A stretch of DNA of 64,000 nucleotides, taken from positions 12,960,001 to 13,024,000 of the forward strand of contig NC_087252.1 in NCBI RefSeq assembly GCF_037042905.1, in the 5' to 3' direction. A program made the position numbers and the translations under genes. Shown piece by piece: positions 12,001-27,000 of the stretch. Position 1 is the stretch's first letter; each line of letters starts with the position of its first letter. The notes under the pieces are model-generated. The model made no database searches. It worked only from the letters and a program-made list of their open reading frames with translations, and was not told the DNA's origin. The stretch comes from Lytechinus pictus. Lineage: Eukaryota.

Positions 12001-15000
12001 ATTTCCAACATGGAAAATCGACATTTTAAAGACATTTTACGATCATGAATAGGATGGGTACATATAATTCAGCAATAAGTGCGAGCACGAAGCACATGAT
12101 AATTTTGTTTACATTCTGTCTTGAAAATAACCTAATGTTAGGACTGTTTGTACTGGCTCGGAAAGAGGATGCATATAATTATCACAAATTGAATAGTGCT
12201 CGCGCTTTTTACTTTCAACTCTTGCGCACCTTTTGAGGCCGAATTTGCAATGCTCAGGGTACGAGTTTCCGAAATTACGCAACATTTTATCAATGCATGT
12301 CAGACCCAAAATGGCTAACAAACGTGATTCCATTTACAAAGTCAATACAAATTTTGGTTTCAACAAACAAATCATGAATGTTTGGTTACATTTATTTACT
12401 TTTGCAGGTTTAAATTGATTCATTTTGTGCTATATATGGTCGCAAAAGTGTCCATGACAAAGTTCATGAAAAGAAAAAAGAGAAACAAACGTTCGAAAAA
12501 CAAAGAAAAACATGAGAATTTTGAAAAAAAGGAAATCATTTATATTTTGACCATTTGGAGCAGAAATTGTTGAAAATGGGGCTATTTTTGCCCCAAAATG
12601 AGCACTATACTGGCTGTGTAAACACTTATCTACATAATTAATCAATAAATATAAGCAATATTTTTTTAAGTGTTATCAGTCTTTAAATCCATTTCTACGC
12701 ATATGCAAATTTTCGCGAGATCTGAAGGGGGTCAAATACCCAGAGTAGTGGTGAGTCGCACCAGAGTTACATGTACAAGGAGAACTCCACTTGTTATGTT
12801 ACTTTTATAGTACAATAGTCGTATACAATAATAATGTTCCATTTAGCAATGCTAATACGATCAATTTCAACGTTTCGATTTCCAACTCAGTTGATAGGTT
12901 CTGCTGTGAGAACGCATCGAACAATCCTGGATTTAATACATTTTTGGTTGATGTCAGTATACACCCACGCAGTACCTGGTGATCAGAACTCGAGAGATAA
13001 CCCACAGGTTTTGTTGTTAGGCACGTTTGCAGGTGAAGGAGACAAGCGAATTAGTAAGGAAGAGGTAAGATATGTACCTTGCCATACAATTCATTTTATT
13101 TAACTGAGCTTTTCAAACAATTTTGGGGAGATATTTGCAGAAGAGTGTAGTTAAATATTTTGTACGAATAAAGTTGTTTGCAATTTTCGGTTATAAAACT
13201 TAATAGGCTGCTAATCATTCCCCTCAAGGTGCTGTAATGCCTTATGCAAAAAGAAATTGTTCAAAACGATCGTAGTCTATGCAACGAAATGTAAACATTC
13301 AAATATTTTATTTTTGTGACTTTTGTCAAGCCTAATTTGATCGTTGATTTTTGCATATGACCAAATATGTTTTAAAAGTACTATTTAGGGATAAAATGCT
13401 CTGCTAATTTCATTTGACAGTGAAATTAGCAGTGCTCTGTAACAATGTACCCCGGATAGAAAGGAAAGTCCGGATTCATGTTGATTCTCCGTGGTATAAT
13501 GACAACATCCGCAATCAGAAGAAAAAACGAAGAAGGCTGGAGAGGCAATGGCGGCAGTCTTCACTTCATATCCACCGGGAACTCTTCTCTGACCAGCCTT
13601 GTTAATTCCCTTGTGAAGAGGGCAAAGCGTTCGTCTTATGTGGCGATCATTGAAGACTGTCACGCTGACTATAAAAAAAAACTCTTCTCTGTGGCTAACC
13701 GGCTATTGAACCTTCGACAGTCATCACCTCTTCCTTCCCACTCGGACAGCTTGCAAATGGCGTCTACTTCCCTTCACTTCTTCCAGACCAAAGTCAAGAT
13801 GATCTGCGAAAGTTTAGCACCAGATGAGTCACCACACAACCAGCTCACTTCCTCTTCCTTTGAAACTATCCAACCTACCACTCCTGGCGAGATCATGTCA
13901 CTTTTATGTAAACTTCCTCCTAAGTCGTGTCAGTCAGATCCCATTCCCACTAAATTACTAAAGGATTGCCCCCCTTCAGTTGCTCCAATTCTCTCACATC
14001 TGATTAATATGAGTATAGAACAGGCATACATTCCTCCCTCTCTGAAAGTTGCCCTTATTACCCAACTGTTAAAAAAACCTCTTTGGACCAAAACTCCCTC
14101 CAAAACTACCGCCCAGTTTCAATCTTACCTTTTTGGTTCAATATTCTTGAAAGGATTGTGTTCTCTCAATTGTCAGAATAGTTTTCGGATAATGATTTGC
14201 TCGATCCTTTCCAGTCAGGTTATAGGTCCAATCATAGTGTAGAAACGCGTCCTTGATGCGTCTAATTATATCCTACAAGGCATGGATAAAGGGAACACCA
14301 CAGCTCTTTTGCTGTTAGACTTGTCCTCCGCCCTCGACACTGTAAATCGCACTATCCTTTTGAACATACTTACATGTAGTTCACTCGGTGTCAAGATTGA
14401 GGCTTACAAGTGGTTTAAGTCTTATCTCTCATTACATTCCTAGATTGTTTGTATTAACGGTTATAAGTCTGATGTTTTGCCTCTCTTTTGTGGAGTACCA
14501 CAGGGTTCTGTGGGCGGACCAACTCTCTTCTCGATTTATTTATCTGGATTGCGACAAGTTCTGTTGAAACACGGCATAAAATACCATATTTATGCAGACG
14601 ACATCCAACTCATGATTTCCTTTAATTCGGATCAATTAGCTGCAGGAAGTTCCATTCATCGTCTTGAATTATGCATGGTTGATGTTCACAATTGGCTGAC
14701 TTCTCACTGTCTTAAGTTGAATCCAGCTAATTGTGAATTTCTTATTTTTGGCTCTAAAGTACAGCTTAGTAAAATCCAAATCGAATCCATCTCATCTTCT
14801 GGTCTCACTGTAAATTTGTCAAGTTCATGTCGCAATCTCGGTGTAGTTTTTTTATTCTCACATGACAATGTCGAATCACATCTTTTTTAATTGTAGATCA
14901 GTTCGCTACCAATTGCGAAATATCGGTTTTATTACGAAATACTTGTCTCGACCGGCCACAGAAAAATTGGTTCACGCTTTAATTTCGTCCCGTCTCGATT

Positions 15001-18000
15001 TTGGTAACTCCCTTTGTTTAATCTACCCCAGAATCAGTTAGTCAAAGTTCAGAAACTTCAAAATGCTGCCGCTCGCATCGTTTCTCTATCCACCAGGCGC
15101 ACTCACATTACTCCTATTTTAAGATCCTTACATTGGCTCCCTGTAAAACAACGTATTACGTTCAAGAATTTGTTGTTACCTTTCCACTGTGTCTATGGCT
15201 CTTCTCCCCAGTACCTTATTTCACTGATCAAAAGTTATACCCCTTCAAGATCCTTACGTTCCCTCTCTTCAAATTCTCTCGTTATCCCCAAAGTCTCCAA
15301 AACCTGGGGGGAAAATCATTTGTTCACTCATCCTCCAAGTTATGGAATAGCCTCCCTGAAAACACCAAACAGTGCTTGACCGCTGAAACATTCAAACAAT
15401 ACCTTAAAACATTTCTCTTCAATTCTTCATAATTTCTTTTATAATTTCCTAAAAAGCGCCTTGAGCACTCTACAGATGTAAGTCTAATTATTATTATTAT
15501 GTATATAGAATAGTTTTTCTGTTTTTTTTTTTTTATTATCAAACAGGAATTCATTGTTTAACACTACAACATATATTCATCTAGCGGCTCTACGGGACTC
15601 TTTAAATTTATTGTTTGTAAATATGAACACCTTTTTACAGGAATCTCCGACAGAGCATTTTATTGGAGTGATTTCACTTAATAAAGTGATTACAATGAGT
15701 CATTCCATCGTTATCTTCTTTAATGCAATAATGTGTCAATAACATGTTTTCAAGGATGTGTTCTTGATCATCTGGATTATCAGTTTCGTGAGAACGATAA
15801 ACACGTCTTGGCATTGGGTCCTGTTTTTGAAATCTCACAAAAGCGTAGTTTCAATTGAATCCTTTTTCAGCCGACGATTTTTTTTTTTTTAATGAGGACC
15901 AGGATTTGTAGTACCATCCCTCATGTAAGGTTTTATTACATATATGAAAACCGTATCTCAATGTGAAAAGGAATATGTAATTAAATAAATTCTCACCAAA
16001 TGCAAACCACTATCTTCAGCCCAGTTCCAAAGTAGTTACGCTTGCCCTGTCTTTGCAAGATGCAATACAGTCAGCACGGTAGGCCTACATTGTGCCGATT
16101 TTTCGGTCATACCTAGATGATAATGTATTCTTAAAAATTTTAACCCAGATATATTTTACATCTACATACGTTCCAACCCTTGTAGCACACCTTCACAAGC
16201 TTAAGTTAATTAGGCTTACCAGCACCGACCCAAACGGTGACTAACCAGCCAAAACGCCACGCCTGGTGCATGACTGCCAATTCGTATCAATTAACTAAAA
16301 AAAAAATCCGTTAGTGATATTCGTATACGTTGTTACGATTGGCAAGATATAACAAGTTAGTGTAATTCAAAAATTTTAAATTCTGAGTAATCCAAAATTA
16401 TGTCCTACATTCAATCCGTATAATATCCAAATTGGCTAGCAACGATTCCTCAGATTAAAGTCCACAAAGCCGGCGATGATGAAAACGCGATGATATATAA
16501 AATATTTTTCAATGGTTTCTTGTCAATTTGAGGGTGCTGATTATGAATCTGAATGATACCACTCGTGTAACCTTGAGCATTTTCCGCAAATTGGGTATGA
16601 AATGTATGTAATTGTGTTGCAGGAGCGAAATACTCTCTGAAAAAAAAAAATGATAAAATGTTTATTTCTGATATTCAAAATGGCCACCACAGACCTCTGC
16701 ATACCCTATTATGTACAATATGAAAAGGGAATATAATTTTTTCACAAAAATGATCACTAAACTGCAAGTTTTTGTGGGTAATTTGCTTTTTTTGGCGGCC
16801 ATATTGGATTTTGCCAATTTGCAGAAAATGCTCAAGATTTCACGACATTCTGGAATGTTGATATTAAAGCAATGAACTTCCTTAATAGAAAAAAACACTA
16901 AATGACTGAATATACATGTAATTTATCATACAATTCTTACCTCATTAGGAAACTAGGCCTGCCAAAATGTATGTAGATGAAAATGTATCTAGGTTGAAAT
17001 ATGTACGAATACATCATAATATCTGAGAAGTGAAGGTCAACTCTGATTTGAATCGAATTCCATTAGAGAAAAAAAAAAACAAGCATAATGCTGAAAATGT
17101 AATCTAACTCTGATGTAAAATAAGTCCTGAAGACGGACAGTCAACCTGCCCGAAACGTCGGGTAACCTCTCTTCACTTCAACCTCCTACTACTCAAATCA
17201 TCGCTACTCAAGCATGGGTGTCGATCATGGGGGGGATGGGGGGATATATCCCCCCCAATATTTCAAGTGGGGGGGATGGCCTGTATTATCATCCCCCCCC
17301 CCCCCAATAATTCAGGGTAGAAAAATTGTAATAATGATGATGAAAAAATGAAAAGTTTGATAATGATGATTATAGTATGCCATCAATCAGTTTGTTTCCC
17401 TCGCAATATTGTTATTAAATAAAAACATTCTTTTCCAGGGCTTTTAAACAGATGGGTGGAGGTTCAAGATGAAAAAGAATGAAATGTTTATGTACCGGTA
17501 TATGATATTTTTTAAACACATGACTTAAAAGGACCCCGACGAAAAAAAACTTTTGTTGATTGGGTGTTCCATCCCACCAGTGGTGAATAAATTAATTTTA
17601 AGAAATCAATTAATTCAAAAGGGTGGAAAAAAAACAGGTGGAAAATGGTGGCAAGATAAACAGGGAAACCTCCATGGACGTAAATCCTAGAGGGGTAGAT
17701 CTTGAAAAAGTACAAAAAACTTTTCTCAGATTTACCCCTCCCCACATCCAAGTGAATGATGTTTGTACCATTTAATCTACAACCCTTTTGAATATTAAAA
17801 ATTTTATCATGTGACCCCATCAGATACCTCTCATGAAAATATTGAGGTTCAGTGAGCTCAATATAATATGATCATATTTTTACAATGCCCATCCAATCGG
17901 CTGACAAAAAAAAAACGAGGAAAAGGAGAAAATGAGGGAGAGAGGAAGGGAATGTAATGGGAAAGAAGAAATTATTGTTCATTATAATGTTAGATTATAC

Positions 18001-21000
18001 TATAATTATGTTATATTACATAAGACGCATTTTTCATAACTTTATGAAACATAATTTTATTAGGGCCCATGTCTTCATTGTTCCTGGTGCTCACATTGTC
18101 TGTTTAACTTTAACGAGATATATAATCCTGTGGCACAAAAACCTCCTGTTTTCAATATACTTCCTCGCACTTCGAATTATTATTTTATATGCAATAGTAT
18201 GCTTCTTTTCATGACTACTCAAAGTGATTGCCACATTTTAAGGTCTTAATATAAAACATTTCTTGTCCGTGCTTATGTTCGCATTAGTGAGATATGTCTG
18301 CTCTCCATGAATTCCTAGAATCAGTCCTTAAAATGTCCCTTTTTCTGATCTCAATATCAAAACTTTTCAGATCGCGCTTCGCGCTCGCATCATTTGGTTA
18401 ATGAAATACGTATGGTCTTAGTGAATTCCTACAAACAAGCTTTAGAATGCCCCTTTTCAGGTCTGAATTTCCTAAATTTTCAGCTCGCGCTTCGCGCTTG
18501 CAATATTTGATTATTGAGATGCGTATGTTAATAATCATGATTACAATGACTTCAAGTGCTTCATGTGTAATTCTAACAAAATCAGCAAGCGCTTAGCACT
18601 CGCATTAGATGACTGTGGTGAGATATGTAGTGGATTCCTTAAATATAGTCCTTAAAATCTCCGTTTGGGGTCAATATATACAAAAATGTCAGCTCGCGCT
18701 TCGCGCTCGTATTGTTTAGCGAGACAGGTAAGTATCATGATTACAAAAAGTTGATTATAATGTCCCTTTTTACGTCCGAATATCAAAAATTTTAAGCTCG
18801 CGCTTCGTGCTCGCATTATTTCATCAGTGAGATACATATCTGTTTAATATATGGCACTGTCCTTAAAGTGTGTCTATTAGGTCAGTATACCTGGCAACTG
18901 ATCGCGCTTCGCGTGCTCACTAAGTGACTCAAAAATTTTGCTGGTGCCCCCCAATGCCATGACCCACGGTACGCCACTGGGCTTACTTGTAACACAAATT
19001 GAATTTTGTGATTTTAGTGGGGGTAATATTGAAAGATCCACATCCACAAGAATATTTGTGTCAATCATCCCCCCCCCCCACCAAGAATACCGATCGACAC
19101 CCATGTACTCAAGCCATATTCAGCTATCTCATCTGGTTTACAGTCCTTTTCAGGACTCACTTTAAAAAAAGAATACCTCTAATTTCCTGTTTTCATCCTT
19201 TCTCGTCTTTCCATTTCAATTTTTTGCCTGTATTTGGTTGTGTGGCCACTATTCACTGAAAAGAGATATTACTGATTGATTATTCACCCTAGAATCCTAC
19301 TTCAGTGAATATTCCATGGTCTGGGGGTATAACGATTTGTTGATACGGGTTAGAGTGAGTGTAAGCACTCCAGGGTACCTGGACAAACCAAAATGGCTGC
19401 CGTAGGCTAAAAATCCACAATTCATCTATTACTTGTGTTGCACCAATTTCGTTTGTATTCAATTGTTTTAATGGTGAAATGATACAGGGACAAGTTACAA
19501 GGATTGTCAGTGGTCTGGTGTGTCCATAAATCAAGAGATGACTTCCAACAATGGTGTTTAAAATAATTGCTTATGCTTAAAACTGACAGCTCATTTCATT
19601 TCCACGGGGGCGATATTCAATCAATTTTTTTTCAATCAATTCATTTCAATTCATTTATTCAACCATCATCATGTACAAACAATTACATAAATGCATACCA
19701 ATATAGATAATTATACAAATACTAAACTTAAAAATAGAATGATGGTTTGGTGACCCCGGAGAAAGCAGAGCTTATAAAAAGGGGCCACCGAGTTAAAATG
19801 TACACTAAAAATACATACAACAAATAATGATAATTACACTTAGTACACCGATGCAACAGCCGAAAAAAAAAAAAGGAGGGGGGGGACTTTCAATGAGAAA
19901 ATAACAAATAATTAAATAATTGGCAGAAAGTTTTTTAAGCACATGATAACTGATAATGTTTTTTGATAAGTCTCTTGAACCTAGAAAGAGTTGAACTGGA
20001 TTTTATGTCAGAGGGGAGGTTATTCCATAACTTAGGAAAACAGATTTTAAAGGAATTTAAAGATATATTTTATCGAACTAAGGGTAGATGAATTTGGTTG
20101 CTTTGGCGAGTAGAATGAGAGTGTATTGTAGAATTTGGGACAAAAATGTCATTGAAAAGAGGAGGCAAGATTTTAGCATAAAATTTATACATGAATACGA
20201 GGGAATTAAATGATATCAAGTCCTGTACTGGCATTATGTTCAGTTAAGAAAACAGAGGCTTTGTATGAGTGCGATAGGGAGCGTTTGAAATAATGCGAAC
20301 TATTTTTTTTTTGTAAAATACGTAGTTTATCTAAGTGTGATTTGAAAGTGTAGCCCCAGACAACATTGCAATAATTCAAATGGGGTAGTATGATGCTATT
20401 ATATAAAGTAATCAAAATTGATTTAGGAACATAATGTCGTAACTTGGACAGAACACCAATGGATCTTGATATCTTTGTACTAATAAGAATAATATGAGAT
20501 TTCAAAGAGGGTCCGATAGACCGCGGGTCCGATAGTCCGCGGGTCCGATAGACCGCGGTGTGTGTAAAATTATGATCAGGATCTAGTGAATTCCAATGTC
20601 ATCAAGATGTCAAAAGGTCAATGATACGAGTCCATGGGGTTCTATAACGATGACCCACAGGACAATCGCCCCCTGACATCTATTTCAAGGAAAATATTAT
20701 CCCCATATTTTTATCGTCGGGGATTGTTACCCCCCCCCCCGGAAATTTACCCTCTAGACGTCATAGGGAGCCTCTAAAATGCCATCGACTTGACATGGCG
20801 AGATACTTTATCTTGCCATGTCGACTAAATAAGCTTATTATGTCCGCATGGCGAGATACGTTATCCTGCCAAGTCAGTCCACTTATAAAATGTTATATGT
20901 CATCATGGCGAGATATTTTATCTTGCCAAGTCGACTTAAATAAGTTACATGTCAACATGGCGATATATCGGGTTTCTTGCCGGGACTTGTACACATCTCG

Positions 21001-24000
21001 CCATGTGGACAAATCGACTTGACAAGATTGAATATATCGCTGTGTCGAAATAATAAGCTTATTAATTACTTAGGCGGCGGAAGCGGGGGGAACCTTTCCC
21101 CCTAAATTTGAGGTGGGGGACGGTCCCCCCTAAATTTTTAGTTGAGAACTTTTTTTTTTGCTTGTCAATTGTTTTTTCTACGCCCCCCCCCCCTAAATTG
21201 AGGTAGACCCCCCTAAAATATTTTTATCCCCCCCCCTAATTTTGGTTAAAAACCTTTTTTTTTCTTGTCAAAAAATTGTGGTGGTCCCTACTAACATTTT
21301 GGTTGATTTGCTTGTCAAATTTTTACCTGTGTCCATCCCAAAATTTCAGATGGATCCCCGTAAATGTTTTGTCTTCCGCCGCCAATGATTAATTAAGACA
21401 TGGTAAGATAAAGTACCACGCCATGTCGTCACGTTGATGGCATTTTCACGGCTACGTACTAGGGGTAATTATCCGGGGTAATTGTCTGGAGGGTAAATTT
21501 CCGGGGGGGGGGTGTAACAGTCCCCGGCGGTAAAAATATGCGGGTAATGTTTTCCTTGAAGTAGTTGTCAGGGGGTAATTGACCTAATTGGGTTATTGTT
21601 ATAGAACCCAGGCGCGGATCCAGGATTTCGTGGGGAGGGGGGGGGGGCAAATTTTACCTGATGTTTGGCGTCCATGTGTACTTTTCGAAAAATGGCGCCC
21701 ACTCCCTCCCGGCAAGGCTAACCTAAGTGCTCTAAATGGATTTTGAATTATCTTATAATCACATTTTAAAAAATAAAGACCACTTTTTAATGTTTTAATG
21801 TGTTCTTGAAAAAAAAACCATGAATATATGATGTAATATCAATGGGAGCGCGAAGCACGAGCGATTTTCGGGGCTTTCAATTTGGTTTAACTATATACTT
21901 ACCAATGTAGGCACTACTAGAATATTGTGTTTCTGTACTGTTGTTTTAGTATACCCTTCAATAATATTAATGATAACCTCTTGGGAATAATGCAATCTCG
22001 ACTAATTCTCCTCATCAGTGGCGTATTTATTCAGCATGGGTGCACGGGGGGGGGGGGTGAGGGCACCAAGATACAAAAATAAATGAAATGGAAAGGGGGT
22101 AGACGTTAAAGAAAATCTGAGATTTTATTCTTTAAAAAAAAATGAGGTATCTCACAAGGCCTAAATAAATAATGGGAACGCGAAGCGCGATCTGATTTTT
22201 TTTCCCTGTATTTTTTCCTGAAAGCCTAAGTCAGGGGCGGACCCAGCTTCCGCCTATGGGGAGAAGGGCCATTTTTTTTACCCATATTTTCCTCGATCGG
22301 CCGCTCAAAGTTGATTTTTTTGTTTCTTTGAAGGGGTTGTCCCAGTGCCGTAATGAGCCAACAATTTCGAGGGGGCTCGATATGGTGTATCGCATAAAAT
22401 TAATAAGTTGCCAGTGAGCGAAGCGAGCAAGCAAATATGTTGACATTTCTATTACATGAATACAAGGTTGTGATAGATTTTGACATAATATTTGGAAAAT
22501 AATATTATATTTCATCCTAGTCCCTTTCCTTTTTTCTCTATTTTTTCTGAGTCTTGATTCTCTCTTTTTTGGGGGGAAGGGCAAAACGCCCATGTCCTAA
22601 CAGTCATTTCCTAGATTAACTTCATAAGCAACATAATGCGAGCGCGAAGCGCGAGCTGAACATTGTTGATATTCCAACCTAAAAAGATGAGATTTCACAT
22701 CCCCCAATGGGACATTCAATTCATGTTTGTCAATCATGAAAAAGGATGGGTAATTTTCTCCCTACAATCATGACAATAATAATGCGAGCTGAAATTTTTT
22801 TGATATTCTGATTCGAAACTGGATAATTTTAGCACGTTTTGAATAAGATCAAACTTTGTATCTCAAAAATATGCGTGCGCGTGTTTTAGAGTTAGACAGA
22901 ATCATGGCAATCTGAATACATTTCATTTTTCATCATAAAAATCAATGCGAGCGCAGAGCCCGAGCTGAAAATAATATTTGAAATTCCGATATGAAAAGGG
23001 TCAATTTCAAAACTGTTTACAGCACTGTGTATATAGGGAAATTTGATAGCACTATATAAATAATGCGAGCGCGAAGCACAAGCTGATATTTTATAATTAT
23101 TTTGACCTAGGATCGAGACATTTTAGGCCTAAGGACATTTTGTCATCATATAAGAATGATGACTATCTTCTTTTTCTTTTCCAAAAACTTGTTAATATTT
23201 ATTTCTGAAAAAGGGACAATTTAGTTATTATGAATTCATACAAATTTTATTTCATATTTATTAATCTGTTAAGCCTAATGAGTGTGTGAAATTTGTTGAC
23301 AGTGCATGAGGCCTGAAAACTGGATATTTTAAGTATTTTTGTGATCATGAATAGGATTCATTGGTTGATATATTTTTAACAAATAATGCAAGCGCAAATC
23401 GCGATCCGGAATTTTTTAATGAGGGGATTTAAGCAGTTTGTTATAGAATTAATATATAGGTATACATAAATCACCAAATAAATCGCCTACTTGGCAAATA
23501 GTGCGAGCGCACTAAATGTTGCAAATGTTGATTCAAACCATAAAACGGACATATTCCAGAGCACTTAAAAACATAAATGGGTAAATAAAACATTGATCTT
23601 GATATCAAAAATTGATAACTACATATCAGCCTATTGAGCAAGATATGTATCTCATCGAACAGGCAATGCGAGCGCGGTGCGCGAGCGAAACTTTAATATA
23701 GTGACATTAAATATTTTTTTAAATTGTTTTCCAAGTCTTCTCCTGACCTTATTTTATTCACTCGTCTTCCTCCTTTTTATGTTTCGTCTTCTTTTTTCTC
23801 CTTTCTTTCCCCCTTTTTTTCTTTCCCCGTTTTTCCAAATTTATTTGCTCTGTCAATATGTTAGTAGTTGTTATGATGAACACGATGCATATTTAATAAG
23901 AAATAAATGCGACCGCGAAGCGCTAGCTGAAACTTTTATAATGATTAAATGAAAAATTCATTTTCAGTTGTCAGGTAAGAATATCAAATATTTTCAGTTT

Positions 24001-27000
24001 GTGCTTCTCGTTCGCAAAAAATCTGTACGGTCGGGATGCGTATATAACTAAACAATTTATTGATGCCAGCGCGAAGCGCGAGCTCAATTTTTTATATACT
24101 GACTAAAGAAGGACTAAGGTATAATTCCTATTCTAATTGCTTGTCCTTTTCTCTTCTTTTTTTATGTTTCTTATCCCTTTTTTGCGCCACCATGGGGGGG
24201 GGGCAAAATATTTGCCCCCTGGATCGGCCTATGTATGTTGACTTGAAAAACCCTAACACTTACATGTGGGATTGAAGCAGAGGATGCATACCTCATTAAT
24301 CAAATATTGCGAGCCCGTAGCGCGAGTTGAATTTGATAATAACCTTTTGTGACCCTGAACAGGGTATCTATCTCGCTAAACAGACTTAAAACTAGAAAAC
24401 ATTGTTTTTGTCTGTTATCGTAAAACGGAATATTTTAATTCAGCCGCATTAATTTAAGTTTTTTGGGCAGGACATAATTATATTTCACTATAAACAGGCA
24501 ATACGAGCAATGTTGCGCCCTCGGTCAAAAATGAATTTGCATGAAGCCCTCTAAGTTCAAGGTCAATTTGACGCCCTCGGTTTAACATAAACTTGGCGCC
24601 CCCATGTGAAATATAACTTTGCCCTCCCGCCCCCTCTCTGAAAAATGTATTTGTCGCATTATGGTCAAAATTCAAATTAGCGCTCCCCTAGTTCGAACAT
24701 CAATTTGGTGCCCCGCTAGATCGAACATCAGTTCGGCGCCTCATAGTCCGAACGTCATTTTGGCGCCATCAAATCAACGTCCTGGGTAGCGTTTCATGAA
24801 AGGATTTGTCGGACGTTTTATCCGACAAGTACCATTTTATCCGACAGTTACCATAGTAACAAGGCCTCTCAGCCAATCAGAATCAAGAAAATTAGATGTC
24901 AGATCTGACTACTTGTCGGACAAAAATGTTGATGAAACACTCCCTAGGGCTCCGTAACACAAAGGTTTGCGATCAATCGCTAAATACCAATGACCAATCA
25001 AGATCATCGTTGCATGCGCACGCCGTTTAAAATACTGACCAGGAGCCAATCAGTGAAGTTCTTTCATATTTGCAATTCATCGCAAATCTTTGTGTTCCGT
25101 TTCCCATCTCCTTTTCTTTCTTTTTTCTTTCTCTTATCCTCATTCCCCTTCCTTCCTTTCGCTTTCTTTCTCTCTTTCTTTCCCCCTCTTCCTTTCCCCC
25201 TTTTCTTCTCTTTTCCCCCTCTTTTCTTTCCCCTTTTCTTCTCTTTTTTCTATCTTTTCTTTCCCTCTTTTTTCCTCTCTTCCCCCCTTACTCTCCCTTT
25301 TTTATTCTCTTTTCCTCTCTCTCTCTCTTTTCTTATCGTTCTCCCCATCTTCCTCTCTCTTTAAATATTATTCTCTTCCTTCCTCTTTTTTCTTCTTCTT
25401 TTCCCCCTTTTCCTCACTCCATTCTTTTTTTTCTTTTCCCTCTTCCACTTTTTTTTCTCTTTCCCCATTTTTCTTTTTCTATCCTTTCCCCCTTTTTTCT
25501 CTTTTAATCTTTTTTTTCTTCTCTCCTTCCCCTTCCTCCCTCTCTCTCTTTCTTCTTTTCCCCTCTTCCTCTCTCTCTCTTTTTTCTTTCCCTCTTTTTT
25601 CCTCTCTTCCCCCCTTACTCTCCCTTTTTTATTCTCTTTTCCTCTCTCTCTCTCTTTTCTTATCGTTCTACCCATCTTCCTCTCTATTTAAATATTCTTC
25701 TCTTCCTTCCTCTTTTTTTCTTCTTTTTCCTCCTTTTCCTTAATTCTTTTCTTCTCTTCCTTTTTCCTCCTCTCTTTTTTTTTTCTTCTTTCCCCTTTTC
25801 TTCTCCCTTTTTTGTCTTTCCTTTCCCCTTTTTCTTCTCTTTTTTTTCTTCTCTTTCTTTCTCCTTCGTACTCTTTTCTATTCTCTTCTTTTCCCATCTT
25901 CCTCTTTCTTTTTTTATTCTCTCCCTTTTCCCCTCTACCCCCTCTTTTTTGAGCTGGGGGTGGGGGTGAGACAGTTCCCCCTCGGCCCCCCATGGATCCG
26001 CACCTGATAGAACCTCGTATCATTTGACCTTTGGACCTCTCGATGACATTTGATATATCTGATCATAATTTTACACACACTGCGGACTATCGGACCCGCG
26101 GTCTATCGGGATGTCCCCGTCAACCCGTGTGATGAGATTACCACCAATATGGACATCAGGAAGATTAATTGGGACATTATTTCCTTTTGTTCGAATAATC
26201 ATATATTTGGTCTTCTCAAGATTAAGAAATAATTTGTTGCAAGCAAAACATTTGTTTAATTTATCCAATTCAATATTTGTTAACGATATAAGATGATGTA
26301 TATTTTTGTGTGATATTGAAACAGTGGTATCGTCAGCAAATAGAGAAAAGTTAAGACTTGATGAACAATTAGTAATGTCATTTATGTAAACAAGAAAAAG
26401 AAGTGGGCCTAATACAGATCCTTGTGGAATTCCACATGATACATTACTAAAATGGGATCTGACACCATCGATCACCACATATTGATTTCTGTGTGAAAAG
26501 TAACTATAAAACCATTGGAGTGGGACCCCTCTGATTCCATAAAATTCTATTTTTTTTTGCAAAATGTTGTGATCAATGGTGTCAAAGGCCTTAGATAGGT
26601 CCATTAAAACACTTAGGCAGTAATTTCCAATGTCTATTTTATCAGATATCACATTAAATAGATTCAATACACCGAGATCGGTTGAGAAGTTCTTCCGGAA
26701 TCCAAACTGCTGGGGTATTAAAATATTATTGATGGAACGAAATTTGTAAAGTCTACTGTGAACTATTTTTTCCAACAATTTGGAGAAAAAGGGCAATAAT
26801 GCAATTGGTCTGTAGTTAGTAATGTCATGTTTGTCGCCCTTTTTGTAAATTGGAATTACCTCAGCTGTTTTTAGTTTGTCGGGAACAATACCATGAGAAA
26901 GTGATTCATTGAAGATATGACAAAGAGGATTGATAATAGTGTGAATGCATTCCTTAACAACACGAGCTGCTATTGAATCAGAGCCCGGAGCAACTGACGA

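Larger units (their letters stand above)
20508..26118. mobile_element. Fold-back/MITE element with long TIRs (15-bp GGGTCCGATAG[A/T]CCGC subrepeats) inserted in the LINE and hosting nested MITEs
   Basis: Left arm 20508-20760 is the reverse complement of 21480-21608 joined to 26015-26118. Confidence 0.7.

Noticed and set aside
15755..15858. Possible ROCO exon between 13064 and 29142
   Set aside because: Weak splice sites and no motif; exons 12891-13064 and 29142-29252 already join in phase with sensible Roc spacing.
21990..22020. Third hammerhead (minus-strand CTGATGA)
   Set aside because: GAAA core and stems are not intact.
24990..26023. Long ORFs (up to 217 aa) on both strands
   Set aside because: Artefacts of the CT-rich low-complexity tract.
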